From Salinivirgaceae bacterium (GTDB lineage: Bacteria; Bacteroidota; Bacteroidia; Bacteroidales; SZUA-534): 64,000 nucleotides of DNA. Of this stretch, positions 19,740 to 29,692 are shown in pieces. The notes under the pieces were generated by a model that was not told the origin of the DNA, made no database searches, and worked only from the letters and a program-made list of their open reading frames with translations. Every line of letters starts with the position of its first letter. The stretch's first letter is position 1. A program made the position numbers and the translations under genes. The stretch spans positions 1 to 64,000 of the forward strand of contig JBFXEW010000017.1 in the NCBI GenBank assembly GCA_050179685.1. The letters are read 5' to 3'.

Positions 19740-20633
19740 TTAATAATACCTTTCTTTTCCTTTCAACCCATTTTGTGGAGTTATAACTTCCACTTCACCA
19801 TCAGCATGCGAACGAAGTTCTTGTTTTAAATCATAAGTAAAGTAGGCATTAATCTTAATAATCACGTAGTTGTTGCCTTTTTCAATTAGTTCTTGAGTAT
19901 AGTGTAAAGGATTAGCTTTATAGTAAGCATATTTTATGGGCAGCATCTTTATAATAATTTCTTCAGGAGTGCTATCAGGAAACCGGACTATTCCATAGCA
20001 ATAATTAAAATATTCTTTCAGGCTAAAATCCTTAGGAATAATGGATTTTTCCATGGTAATTAATAACTCACTTATTCTATCCAAACCAAATGTTTTAATA
20101 ATTTCTTCTTCCTGAGCTACTAAATACCAAAAACCTTTATGTTCCTTTAACCCTAGTGGTGATACAATTCGTTTTTTTTCTTCATTTTTTTCATACTGAT
20201 GATATATAAACTGTACCTTTTTATTTGATTTAATAGCACCCAACAAATCAAAAAAGTGCTCCAATCCATTGGCCTTCCGTTTACTAAATGAAATGCTTTC
20301 TGAAGGAACCATTATAAGTTGAGAAATCGCAGAAAATTGGATAGTCTCAAGCATTTTATAATTCTCATCTGAATTCTTATCCGAGTTCCTTAATTCGTAT
20401 TTTCGGCTTCGTGAATTACTAACAATAGGAATCTGTAAGATATTTCTAATGTTTGATACATCTTCTTTAAGCGTACGCTCCGATATACTCCTTGATGGAA
20501 TATCTATAACATCATTGAGTCTTTCAAGCCATCTATTCGTATTTAATAATAAATCTTTTAACGAAATAGAATCATGCTTCTTTACATTATCGATTATAAA
20601 TTTCCACCTTAAAAAGGTAACTGAATCTTTCAT
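19740..20633 (-). CDS. WYL-domain transcriptional regulator (BrxR/CapW-like: wHTH-WYL-WCX)
   Basis: 297 aa; an N-terminal HTH region is followed by a central WYL signature (EHKGFWYLVAQEEE). The length and domain order match the BrxR family. Confidence 0.55.
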   Translation of the reverse strand: MKDSVTFLRWKFIIDNVKKHDSISLKDLLLNTNRWLERLNDVIDIPSRSISERTLKEDVSNIRNILQIPIVSNSRSRKYELRNSDKNSDENYKMLETIQFSAISQLIMVPSESISFSKRKANGLEHFFDLLGAIKSNKKVQFIYHQYEKNEEKKRIVSPLGLKEHKGFWYLVAQEEEIIKTFGLDRISELLITMEKSIIPKDFSLKEYFNYCYGIVRFPDSTPEEIIIKMLPIKYAYYKANPLHYTQELIEKGNNYVIIKINAYFTYDLKQELRSHADGEVEVITPQNGLKGKERYY

Positions 20634-20868
20634 TATTCTGTTTTTTTATCTTTAGCAAATTGGGTTGACAAATACTTAGTAGTCTTCATTTATATCTGTG
20701 GTCACTATTTTTTCAGATCCCCATTAAAAGCCTCTTTATTATAAAAATATGTCCGTATAGTATTTATTATAACTTTTGAGTATGGAGATTTGGCATTCAG
20801 AACCAGCATAAATAATTCTATTTTCATAACGTATAAAGTTATAAATATTTTAACTTGTATTTATTTAA

Positions 20869-21846
20869 TTAAAGCATTTGAACAATTTCTTCCATATTTA
20901 ACTCAACATTCCATGTTATAAATTTCTTTACAGATTTTTTACAACTTGAATTTCTCCTAAAGAATTCTTGGTTTTGTTCCTCTAATAAAGCTGAAAACAT
21001 TGGTTTTAAAGCATTTATTTCAGGCTCTTTGTTTTTAACACCTTTAGCTTTTGAAATCATAAACCAATCTGTATTTTCAAAGGGCTGAATCAGAAAGGTT
21101 GTCTTTTCGGGGAATTCCATATGAATAACAAACTCTTTTCTCATTGCTATGCTCTCCCAGTTATGAGATATGCAATGTTTCATATTTTTTCCTTCTTTTG
21201 CCAGTTCAGTCTTTTCGGTTATAATAGTGCAGCTTTCCGGAAGATTTAAAACTCCCTTATACTTAACTGAATTTGTTTCTAATTTATAGGGATATTTTTG
21301 ATTGCTTTTAAAAAAGTCAATTTTAATTGATGCTTGAAAGCAATTTAATACAAATACACGAAAATGAACATCATATATAAACCGGTGAAAAGGCTCTTCA
21401 ATTAAATGCAATGTTTTTTCGATATTATCTGCAACCTCTAGTAAAATATGAACAACTTCCATTTTGCTATTTTCAAAAATGAAAGGATTTTTAAATACGC
21501 GTTGATAAAATAAGTTTGAAAATACATCAACTTCTGGTAGAAGTTTTGACAAATAATATTTTGTAGCCTCTTTTGGATTGGTAATTTCTTTACATATTGC
21601 TTTTTGCAATATATCTGGATTATCATTCAATAAAATACTTGGATAAGGAAACCCTTTGTATATCCAATCTATTTTAAAAAAATCGAAAAACTTATTATGC
21701 TCCGGACTCCTTAATAGAATGGATAGTTGCTTTTGATCGAAACCCCTTACCTTTTCAAGCAGTGCTCTATGGTTTAAATTATTTTTCTGATTGGAACTAA
21801 TTAGTCCAAGTATAAAATCTTCTGTATTGTCTAAAATACCTTTCAT
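20869..21846 (-). CDS. hypothetical protein
   Basis: 325 aa; no confident family assignment. Confidence 0.35.
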   Translation of the reverse strand: MKGILDNTEDFILGLISSNQKNNLNHRALLEKVRGFDQKQLSILLRSPEHNKFFDFFKIDWIYKGFPYPSILLNDNPDILQKAICKEITNPKEATKYYLSKLLPEVDVFSNLFYQRVFKNPFIFENSKMEVVHILLEVADNIEKTLHLIEEPFHRFIYDVHFRVFVLNCFQASIKIDFFKSNQKYPYKLETNSVKYKGVLNLPESCTIITEKTELAKEGKNMKHCISHNWESIAMRKEFVIHMEFPEKTTFLIQPFENTDWFMISKAKGVKNKEPEINALKPMFSALLEEQNQEFFRRNSSCKKSVKKFITWNVELNMEEIVQML

Positions 21847-22140
21847 AGTTTAATTGCTAATATTTTAGACCAAAAATACTTATAGTGGGGGCAATACTTC
21901 TTCCTTGGGATTTTTATTCCAGAAAAATTTAATTTTTATTCTTTCATGGGTATATTAAAAGCAGAGCCTTCGAAATATAAGCCAAACACAACTACCCATA
22001 GTTTGATTCTGATAATATTTTCCTTGTTGGTACAAGGGTTCTGTTCCCTTTGTGGAGCTCGAAATGCGCTTCACTCGTGTTTCACTTTTATATTATGTTA
22101 AATTATTAAGTATTTGATATTTACGATATATACAGTTTTT

Positions 22141-22161
22141 GTTCGAATCCCGGCAGCTCCA
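22141..22161 (+). other. tRNA 3'-end fragment (T-loop + acceptor 3' strand) - putative att site remnant
   Basis: GTTCGAATCCCGGCAGCTCCA matches the canonical tRNA T-loop/T-stem/acceptor end. No matching 5' half lies upstream, so a full tRNA cannot be folded. Confidence 0.35.
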
Positions 22162-22185
22162 CTCCTCAAATTATCAAATATTACT

Positions 22186-22223
22186 AAAAGCCTATAAATC
22201 ATTTGATTTATAGGCTTTTTTTG
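22186..22223. terminator. intrinsic terminator hairpin (bidirectional)
   Basis: A perfect 13-bp stem (AGCCTATAAATCA/TGATTTATAGGCT) is flanked by AAAA and TTTTTT. Confidence 0.55.
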
Positions 22224-22346
22224 TTTCAAACAATAACACTTATTACCATTTGTTGGTATTTGTTTTGCCCCCTAATCGGTTATCTTTTTATAACTACAAA
22301 GAGGCAATAGATATTTATTTTCAATAAACCGGAAAGGGCTTATTTT

Positions 22347-23336
22347 TTATTGCTCTTTAATCAATCCCTTAGTTGAGACCCAATACACATTGGACATGCC
22401 ATTTTGGGGTTTTTGCAGCATATCGAACAATTGAGTCTGTGATATTCCGGGTTTAATATTCAACTCAGGATTCTTTGGTGCTGAAGATGCAAAAAACAAA
22501 AACTTTCCATCGGACGAAACCGAAGCTGCAGTAGCCCTTTGTCCCGGCCGGTTTATACGCTCAGGCAACAATTCGAAAGGATGAAATTTTCCCTTTTCCT
22601 TGGCATAAGCAACCGCATACAAGGGATTGTTTGTGCTGTCAAGTCCGGAAACACAGGCTATCATATAACTTTCGTCGGGCGAAATAAATGCATTGTAATA
22701 CTTTAAATGTTCGCTACTTTCGATGCTTACCATTTCAGGAATCGCATAAGCATCAGCCATTTTTTCACTCCGGAAAATACGATTGGAATCTGCATAACTC
22801 CGGGTAAAATACAGGGTACCATTTTGAGTTAATGATGGAAAAAATTCTCCGTTGGCTGTGTTAATTGAGCTGTCTAGGGGCTTAGGTTCCGACCAGCCCT
22901 GATCTGTTTTATCTACAGCCCAAATATCTTCGTAAAACCATCCGGGTTTGGGATCTTTTCCAGCAGGCGGACGGGTCGATAAAAATAGTATTCGATTTCC
23001 GTCGGGAGTAACAAGGGGTTCGTAATCGTACCAGGCTCCATTTCCGCAAAAAGATGCAATCTCTGGTTCGGTCCAAACACCATTTATTTGTTCGGTAAAC
23101 ATAATAAAATTAAATCCGCGCGATGAAGCACTGAAATAAACCGATTTTCCATCGGGAGCTATGCTAACATCGCGGGTATAAATTCCTGACGAAACATAAC
23201 CGGGAGCAAAAAGAACCGGTTCCGAACCGGGAAATTCCTGTCCAAAATAATCGCCGGACAATTGTTCGGGATTTCGCTGTTGACAGGCATTTAAAGCAAT
23301 TAGTACAGAAACAATTAAATAAAGTTTAGTTTTCAT
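22347..23336 (-). CDS. PD40/TolB-like beta-propeller repeat lipoprotein
   Basis: 329 aa; a signal peptide + Cys lipobox (LIALNAC) is followed by repeated PDG..LyF(s/t) motifs. Confidence 0.5.
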   Translation of the reverse strand: MKTKLYLIVSVLIALNACQQRNPEQLSGDYFGQEFPGSEPVLFAPGYVSSGIYTRDVSIAPDGKSVYFSASSRGFNFIMFTEQINGVWTEPEIASFCGNGAWYDYEPLVTPDGNRILFLSTRPPAGKDPKPGWFYEDIWAVDKTDQGWSEPKPLDSSINTANGEFFPSLTQNGTLYFTRSYADSNRIFRSEKMADAYAIPEMVSIESSEHLKYYNAFISPDESYMIACVSGLDSTNNPLYAVAYAKEKGKFHPFELLPERINRPGQRATAASVSSDGKFLFFASSAPKNPELNIKPGISQTQLFDMLQKPQNGMSNVYWVSTKGLIKEQ

Positions 23337-23373
23337 TACTCCATATATATTAAAAATATTTATGTGTAGTTTG

Positions 23374-24648
23374 TTAACGCTTTCCTTTTTTCCCTTTGTT
23401 GGGCTTTTTTAGCGTGGACAAAAACGCTTCGTTTTCCTTAATCAAATCTTTCCAGTTGTTATCCACATCTTCGGTAAAATCAAGGGTATCCTGATACTCG
23501 TTTTTATCTATATCAACCACAGAAATGGGTTTCCCCAAAAAGGTTTCAATCTCTTTAAGCATGGGTTTTTCTTCGGGACTGCAAAAAGCAACAGCAAATC
23601 CCTTTTCACGTCCCCTCCCCGTTCGCCCCACCCGGTGGACATAGTTCTCAGCCTGTTCTGGTAAATCGTAATTCACCACATATTCCACATTGGGAATGTC
23701 GATACCGCGGGCACTCACATCGGTTGCAATAAGAATTTTAACTTCCCCGCTTTTAAAACGGTTCATTACATCGAAGCGGTCTTTTTGCTCTTTATCGCCA
23801 TGAATGGTTACCGATTGAATTTCAACCCGTTCCATGGCTTTAGCCACACGCTCGGCTCGTACTTTGGTACGCACAAAAACCAGAATTTTACTTTCGGGAT
23901 GCTCTTTCGCCATGCGCTCCAGAAAGAATCGTTTGTCATCCATTTCAATAAAAGCCACGGAATGATTTACATTTTTCGAAACCGGATCCTTAGGCGATAT
24001 CTGAATGCGAATGGCGTTTTTCACCAGCGAATACGCCAGTTTTTTTATCTGCTCATTGATGGTGGCTGAAAAGAAAAGGGTTTGATGCGTTCGGGGCAAT
24101 TTCTTTTTTATATCGTAAATATCTTTTACAAAACCCAGGTCGAGCATGTGATCGGCTTCGTCCAAAATAAGGATGTCAACCCGGCTCAAATTTAGATGCC
24201 CCTGACTTACCAAATCGAACATACGTCCGGGAGTAGCTATCAACACATCCAACGACTCTTGCAGACGCAAAATTTGCTTATCCTGCTCCACACCTCCATA
24301 AATGCTGAAGGCTTTTACCTTTGTATGCTTGCTTAACTTTTCAAAAACACCATGAATTTGTTCTGCCAGCTCGCGTGTGGGAACCATTACCAGACACTTA
24401 ATCCCATCGGCCCGGCTGGTGGTTTTTTTTCGATGGATGATATCGATTACCGGAATGGCAAACGCCGCAGTTTTACCTGTACCTGTTTGAGCAATTGCCA
24501 GTACATCCTCACCTTTTAAAATGGGCGGGATCGATTTAAACTGAATGTCGGTGGGTTTTGTAAAGCCCAGCTTGGCCAGGTTTTTCTTAACTTCAAAAGA
24601 GATATGGTAATCGTCGAATCGCATGCCTGTAAGTTTATGCCGATGCAA
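23374..24648 (-). CDS. DEAD-box ATP-dependent RNA helicase
   Basis: 424 aa; the Q-motif, Walker A (AQTGTGKTAAF), DEAD (ILDEADHML), SAT and HRVGRTGR motifs are present, with a basic C-terminal tail. Confidence 0.9.
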   Translation of the reverse strand: MHRHKLTGMRFDDYHISFEVKKNLAKLGFTKPTDIQFKSIPPILKGEDVLAIAQTGTGKTAAFAIPVIDIIHRKKTTSRADGIKCLVMVPTRELAEQIHGVFEKLSKHTKVKAFSIYGGVEQDKQILRLQESLDVLIATPGRMFDLVSQGHLNLSRVDILILDEADHMLDLGFVKDIYDIKKKLPRTHQTLFFSATINEQIKKLAYSLVKNAIRIQISPKDPVSKNVNHSVAFIEMDDKRFFLERMAKEHPESKILVFVRTKVRAERVAKAMERVEIQSVTIHGDKEQKDRFDVMNRFKSGEVKILIATDVSARGIDIPNVEYVVNYDLPEQAENYVHRVGRTGRGREKGFAVAFCSPEEKPMLKEIETFLGKPISVVDIDKNEYQDTLDFTEDVDNNWKDLIKENEAFLSTLKKPNKGKKGKR

Positions 24649-24730
24649 AACGCAACGGTGTTTTTTTTAAAGCACAAAGATAGAACCTTAACCCAAGGAA
24701 ATGCTACATTTTACAAAAAAAGACGGTCGC

Positions 24731-25801
24731 CTAATATTCCTGCGCCTCTTCTTCTCCATCAATTACCCGAAAAACGCCTTCGGCCAATGCTTCCATTTCG
24801 TTTTCGCCCGGATACACAAAAAAGTCAGTAAGTCTACCTATATGCGATTTTAACTCGTCGATAAACTGTTTGTTGTGTGCAATTCCCCCGGTGATAATAA
24901 TGGCCTGAGCCTGACACTTTGAAGCGGCATAATAAGCGCCAATTTCTTTAGCTACCTGATACACAAAGGCATCAAAAATAAGTTGTGCTTTTTCATCACC
25001 CTGAGCCATCATTTTTATCACATCGCGTAAATCTTCGGTTCCCAGATAGGCTTTAAAACCACTGTTTTTCGACAACAGGGTTTTTACTTCAGTCTCAGTC
25101 ATGGAATAACACAGCTTCATTACCCCGCGTAAGGGAAGCGAACCTGCCCGGTTGGGCGAAAAAGGCCCCATGCCCAGCAAGCCGTCGTTAATATCGACCA
25201 GTTTGCCGCCCTGTACCAGCGAGATGGAAATACCACCGCCCAAATGTGCAATTACATAATTGGTTTCGGCAAAAGGAATTTGTTGCAGGCGGGCTACTTT
25301 CCGTGCGGTCATTTTCATGTTTAGCGGATGCCCCCGTCCAATGCGAACAATATGGGGCACCCCCGAAATTTCTGCTTTGGGCCACATATTACCCACCGAA
25401 ACCGGATCAACTGTATAACATTCGTCAAGGTTGTAAAACTCTTTCAAGCGATTGGCCAATAAGCTTCCCAAATTTGAAGCATGTTCACCGTATTTGCCTG
25501 AACGGGCATCGTTTAAAAAATCGGAATTAATGCGGTAAGTTCCTCCACTTAAAGGCTTAACAATTCCCCCACGGCCAACAACGCCAACAATCTTAAACGA
25601 ATGTTGCGACAGATAATCCTTTAAAAACGTTTTTATCAGTGTTAAACGATAGTCCAACTGGTCAGCAATTCGGGGTATTTTATCCAGTTCGCTTTGTTCA
25701 TGTTCTATATTTTGTGCATGCAATTCTCCTTGCCGGGAATACAAGGCTACTTTGGTTGATGTAGATCCCGGATTGATAACTATTACGGCTTCGTTAATCA
25801 T
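24731..25801 (-). CDS. buk: butyrate kinase (ASKHA superfamily)
   Basis: 356 aa; an N-terminal INPGSTSTK motif and a length typical of Buk rather than acetate kinase. Confidence 0.7.
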   Translation of the reverse strand: MINEAVIVINPGSTSTKVALYSRQGELHAQNIEHEQSELDKIPRIADQLDYRLTLIKTFLKDYLSQHSFKIVGVVGRGGIVKPLSGGTYRINSDFLNDARSGKYGEHASNLGSLLANRLKEFYNLDECYTVDPVSVGNMWPKAEISGVPHIVRIGRGHPLNMKMTARKVARLQQIPFAETNYVIAHLGGGISISLVQGGKLVDINDGLLGMGPFSPNRAGSLPLRGVMKLCYSMTETEVKTLLSKNSGFKAYLGTEDLRDVIKMMAQGDEKAQLIFDAFVYQVAKEIGAYYAASKCQAQAIIITGGIAHNKQFIDELKSHIGRLTDFFVYPGENEMEALAEGVFRVIDGEEEAQEY

Positions 25802-25889
25802 AAGTAAAAATCGTTTTATTAATTGTCGGACCTATATTGGCCGCGGTTTTTATTTGGTTGATTCCGGGAACTTGTATTTGCTATATCAG

Positions 25890-27185
25890 CTAGCTATGAA
25901 TTCCCTTGATTTTCAAATCATTTTGAGGAGAGGCTACCTGTAATGCCTGATAAAAACCTATCCGCTGGATGATTTCTCCCGCTAAAAATACAATCAATAA
26001 AACAAAAAAGGGCAATCGAAAAACCATTCCTACAACAGTAGTTAATAACATGAGCCTTCCGATAAACAAAAACAAATTTTTATTTTCAGGAAGTTTATAG
26101 TTATGCCAAAAGCCCAGTACAAGCCGAAATAGTGCAACTAAGCCAAAAAGGTAAATCCACCCATTTAACAAGGCTATTGCCGATAAACCCATCCACAGGG
26201 TTTGGGCGCTGTGCAATTTTATGGGCCATTGCCAGGTAGCCACATCGTATAGCCTATCGATAGCAAACAAAAGCAACAAACCAACAAAAGCAAACAGCCA
26301 AAGGGGAACTGAAGTAATAAATAACTGAATCAGCATCAATAAACCAAATAGAGTGAACAAGGCAATCTCGCGACTTAACCACGAAGATTTTAGGTTTAAC
26401 AACGCCCGCCAGGCACGTTGTTTCTTCCCCAAATGTAATGTACTCATTAAAGCAGCAAACAAAAGAAGGACAAAAAGGTAATAATTTCCTGCATCGGGTA
26501 ACTGAATAAAGCTGGTCTTAATAGAAACCAATGCCGTTACCAGCAGGGTGAAAACTATCAGCGGCCATTCGTGCAAAGCTTTAATTTTCCGTTGCGGATT
26601 ACTTTTGGATGTATTCATCGATTGGGACAAAAACAAGGTTGAATCCTGTTCCGGCCCCCGGGAAACTCTTAAGGTTTGTGATTGTATTCGGGAGCCAACT
26701 TTTACCTTCACCGGACTTGACCTTTCCGATTCGTCAGGTGACAAGTCAGTAAAACTGAAATCGAGCGCACCGGTTGGACAAAGCTGGGCACAAGCCGGCT
26801 TTTGATTCTCCTGAACCCGATGCGCACAAAAAGTACATTTCTCTACAATTCCACTTATGGGGTTGTATTTGGGCGCATCGAACGGACAAGCCCAGGTACA
26901 GTACTTACAACCAATGCACTTTTCGGGATGATGAATAACGGCTCCGCTTGCAGCATCGCGACTAAAAGCATTGGCCGGACAACTTTGCATGCAGGGAGCC
27001 TGCTCACAATGATTGCAAGCCAGTGAAAAATGAAATAAGGGAAGTCCCGGTAAATGCGCTTCGTTGCTGATATAAATGTTTCGCCAGGTTATCGGCTGCT
27101 GCATGCCATTTTCAATAGTACAAGCCACCACACAGGCCTCGCAACCCACACATTTATTTATATCGAAAATAAAATAATTCTGCAT
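25890..27185 (-). CDS. 4Fe-4S ferredoxin-type subunit fused to polytopic membrane anchor (DmsB/NrfC-like + DmsC-like)
   Basis: 431 aa; the N-terminal ~200 aa carry four Cys clusters (CVGCEACVVAC, CNHCEQAPC, CIGCKYCTWAC, CTFCAHR...C). The C-terminal ~220 aa are strongly hydrophobic with multiple TM helices. Confidence 0.6.
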   Translation of the reverse strand: MQNYFIFDINKCVGCEACVVACTIENGMQQPITWRNIYISNEAHLPGLPLFHFSLACNHCEQAPCMQSCPANAFSRDAASGAVIHHPEKCIGCKYCTWACPFDAPKYNPISGIVEKCTFCAHRVQENQKPACAQLCPTGALDFSFTDLSPDESERSSPVKVKVGSRIQSQTLRVSRGPEQDSTLFLSQSMNTSKSNPQRKIKALHEWPLIVFTLLVTALVSIKTSFIQLPDAGNYYLFVLLLFAALMSTLHLGKKQRAWRALLNLKSSWLSREIALFTLFGLLMLIQLFITSVPLWLFAFVGLLLLFAIDRLYDVATWQWPIKLHSAQTLWMGLSAIALLNGWIYLFGLVALFRLVLGFWHNYKLPENKNLFLFIGRLMLLTTVVGMVFRLPFFVLLIVFLAGEIIQRIGFYQALQVASPQNDLKIKGIHS

Positions 27186-27190
27186 ACTAT

Positions 27191-29245
27191 TTATTTGATG
27201 GCTTTATCCTTGGCATTCAATAAACAAAAATCGACCCGGGTATCGTGAAAAGCCGTTCCGTGGCCCATGTCGGTTTCCAAACCTTTGGTTAAGCTATTCG
27301 GACAGGCTCCTTCCTGATGCCAATAGCCATTATAAATTACCACAACTCCCGGCCGCAGACTGGCATCAATTTTTACGTTCAACTCCAACGAACCCACATC
27401 ATTAAACACCTTTATTTTATTGCCCGGGCTGATGTTTTTTTGTTGCGCATCAACAGCACTAATGGTTGCATAAGGAAAAGGATCGAGCATTTTAATTACC
27501 TTGAGATTCCCGAACTGCGAATGAATACGGTTTTTTGTATTGGGAGTCATTAACTGATAGGGAAACTTACGCTTATCATCTTCGGCAATGGGAACGTACC
27601 CGGGCAGTTCTGAAACATTCCACCGGCTTTTGGCCTGTTCGGAATACAATTCAATTTTTCCCGATGGGGTGCTGAACCGGTAATCGCTAAAGGCAATTAC
27701 CTGCAAACGGGGAGCTAACACGGGTGCTTTTTTTAACTTATCGAGCGTTAAGCCTTCAAAGGCTTGCAGTTCTCTTTCAAGCCAGGAATCAATTGCAGCA
27801 TCTGTAGGTTCGGGAAAGTTTTGCTGAATCAGTTCCTCAGCAAAAGCCAGTTTTTTAGCCAATAAGTAATATATCTCTGTTTCCGGTTTTACCTCACCGG
27901 CAGGTTCCACCACCTTTTGTTTAAGCTGAACGTAGGGATTCCAGTAGGATGAGATAAGATCGCTTTGTTCGAACATATTTTTTGCCGGAAGAATCAAATC
28001 AGCTTCCAGCGCGGTGTCGGTCATAAACTGCTCTACCACCACTTTAAATTCCAGTTGGTTAAATGCTTCCCTGATTTTTAAACTATCGGGGTTTTGTGCC
28101 AAAGGATTACCCCGTTCTACCCAGGCCATTTTCAAGGGAGGATTCGAAAGCTGCAACATGGATTCGCCCAAACGGGCTGTAGGAACAACACGTCGGAATG
28201 GTGCATCTGTAGCCGCATCGGGAAAGTAGCTTTCAGGCTCTTTTAATGCACTAAAAATATCACCCTGTAAATCGGCGTAATGCCAACAAGCTCCCGATTT
28301 ACCAATATTTCCGGTAATTACACTAAGAGCCAGTAAACATCGAATGGTTTGCCCACCGTTACTGAAACGCTGCATTCCGTAACCAGCAACCAAAGTCATG
28401 GGCTGAATATTTCCCATTAAATGAGCCAGTTTTTCGATAAACCGAAGCGGTACTCCGGTAATTTTTACTGTTTCATCGAGACTCACCTGCGTTACTGACT
28501 GTTTAAAGGCATCGAAACCCAAAACATGGTCCGAAATAAAAGCGTTGTCGGTTTGTTGCTTCTCAATCAATAGCCTGGCCACTGCCAAAGCCAGCAAGGC
28601 ATCGGTTCCGGGTTTGGGCTGAATCAGTAATTCGGCCTGTTCAGCCGACTGGGTACGACGGGGATCGATTACCACCATCCGCGCTCCGTTTGCCAAAGCT
28701 TTTTCAATGGGAATCATCTGATGAATATTGGTCTCAGCCGGGTTTTTCCCCCAGAGAACAATCAGCTTGGCATTTTCGATATCCCAGGCTGCATTGTGCT
28801 TGTTTTCGCCCAGGGTTAATCGCGTAGCTTCGAGACCCGCCGGCCAGCAAAGGTTTCCATAAACACGGGTTGTACCGCCAAACATACGCCAAAAATTAAG
28901 GCTCACATCGTTCAACAGCCCCGAAGTTCCACTGGCAGCATAAAACAAAATACTATGGCTACCATAATTTTCTTTATAGAAGTTTAGTTTATCGGCAATA
29001 AGTGATAAGGACTGCTCCCAGTCGATGGGCACAAAAACACCTTTTTTTCGGATTAAAGGGCTTAGAATCCGTTCGCCGGAATTGGCCCGCTCCACATAAC
29101 TTAGTCCTTTCAGACAGATACCCTCGGGCGTTGCCCGGTTGAGCGGTTGCGGCTCAATGGTTTTAACTTTTCCATCGAGGACTCCCACTTTAAACGAGCA
29201 GGTACTGTAGCAATTGCGGGGACAGGCGGTATTAAAAAACTTCAT
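27191..29245 (-). CDS. molybdopterin (bis-MGD) oxidoreductase catalytic subunit, cytoplasmic type
   Basis: 684 aa; an N-terminal FeS-binding motif (CPRNCYSTC) with no Tat/RR signal, plus MopB-like central and C-terminal regions. It lies 5 bp upstream of the FeS/anchor gene. Confidence 0.7.
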   Translation of the reverse strand: MKFFNTACPRNCYSTCSFKVGVLDGKVKTIEPQPLNRATPEGICLKGLSYVERANSGERILSPLIRKKGVFVPIDWEQSLSLIADKLNFYKENYGSHSILFYAASGTSGLLNDVSLNFWRMFGGTTRVYGNLCWPAGLEATRLTLGENKHNAAWDIENAKLIVLWGKNPAETNIHQMIPIEKALANGARMVVIDPRRTQSAEQAELLIQPKPGTDALLALAVARLLIEKQQTDNAFISDHVLGFDAFKQSVTQVSLDETVKITGVPLRFIEKLAHLMGNIQPMTLVAGYGMQRFSNGGQTIRCLLALSVITGNIGKSGACWHYADLQGDIFSALKEPESYFPDAATDAPFRRVVPTARLGESMLQLSNPPLKMAWVERGNPLAQNPDSLKIREAFNQLEFKVVVEQFMTDTALEADLILPAKNMFEQSDLISSYWNPYVQLKQKVVEPAGEVKPETEIYYLLAKKLAFAEELIQQNFPEPTDAAIDSWLERELQAFEGLTLDKLKKAPVLAPRLQVIAFSDYRFSTPSGKIELYSEQAKSRWNVSELPGYVPIAEDDKRKFPYQLMTPNTKNRIHSQFGNLKVIKMLDPFPYATISAVDAQQKNISPGNKIKVFNDVGSLELNVKIDASLRPGVVVIYNGYWHQEGACPNSLTKGLETDMGHGTAFHDTRVDFCLLNAKDKAIK

Positions 29246-29395
29246 AAAAGGCTTTTCTTTGGATTAAGGTCTCCAATAATAGTATTAAGTATTTGCTGTC
29301 TCAAGCTTTTAAAAACTATAATTTAAAGCATATTCATTCAAATCAGGGAAGAATGCTGGTTCTAAGAATTGATTATTTAGCTGCTTTTGTATAAG

Positions 29396-29692
29396 CTAGA
29401 ATTTCAATTTCTTTGGATCCTGCCTTGAATCGAATAACCTGATTACTTCAATTTTGCGATTGGCTTCTCTATAATACAGTGTATTATGTTTTGTGATTAC
29501 ACTTTTTCTGATTCTGAGTTCCTTATTGATTATTGGAAATATTCCCGGATCATCACTTATCAAACGAAGGTGCTCGTCCACTTTGTCAATAAATTTTTTG
29601 ATTACATTGGGGCTCCATTTGTGTTTAAGGTAATCCAATATTATAGCTAAATCTTCTTCAGCAGCCGGAGACCAGATAACCATTTTATTCAT
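29396..29692 (-). CDS. ParE/RelE-family type II toxin
   Basis: 98 aa; the size and C-terminal basic region are typical of the ParE/RelE fold. It overlaps an upstream small antitoxin-like ORF by 8 nt. Confidence 0.55.
   Translation of the reverse strand: MNKMVIWSPAAEEDLAIILDYLKHKWSPNVIKKFIDKVDEHLRLISDDPGIFPIINKELRIRKSVITKHNTLYYREANRKIEVIRLFDSRQDPKKLKF

Noticed and set aside
21950-22140. Searched for a complete tRNA upstream of the 3' fragment
   Set aside because: No D-arm, anticodon arm or 5' acceptor strand complementary to CAGCTCC is present. Only the 3' ~21 nt are tRNA-like.
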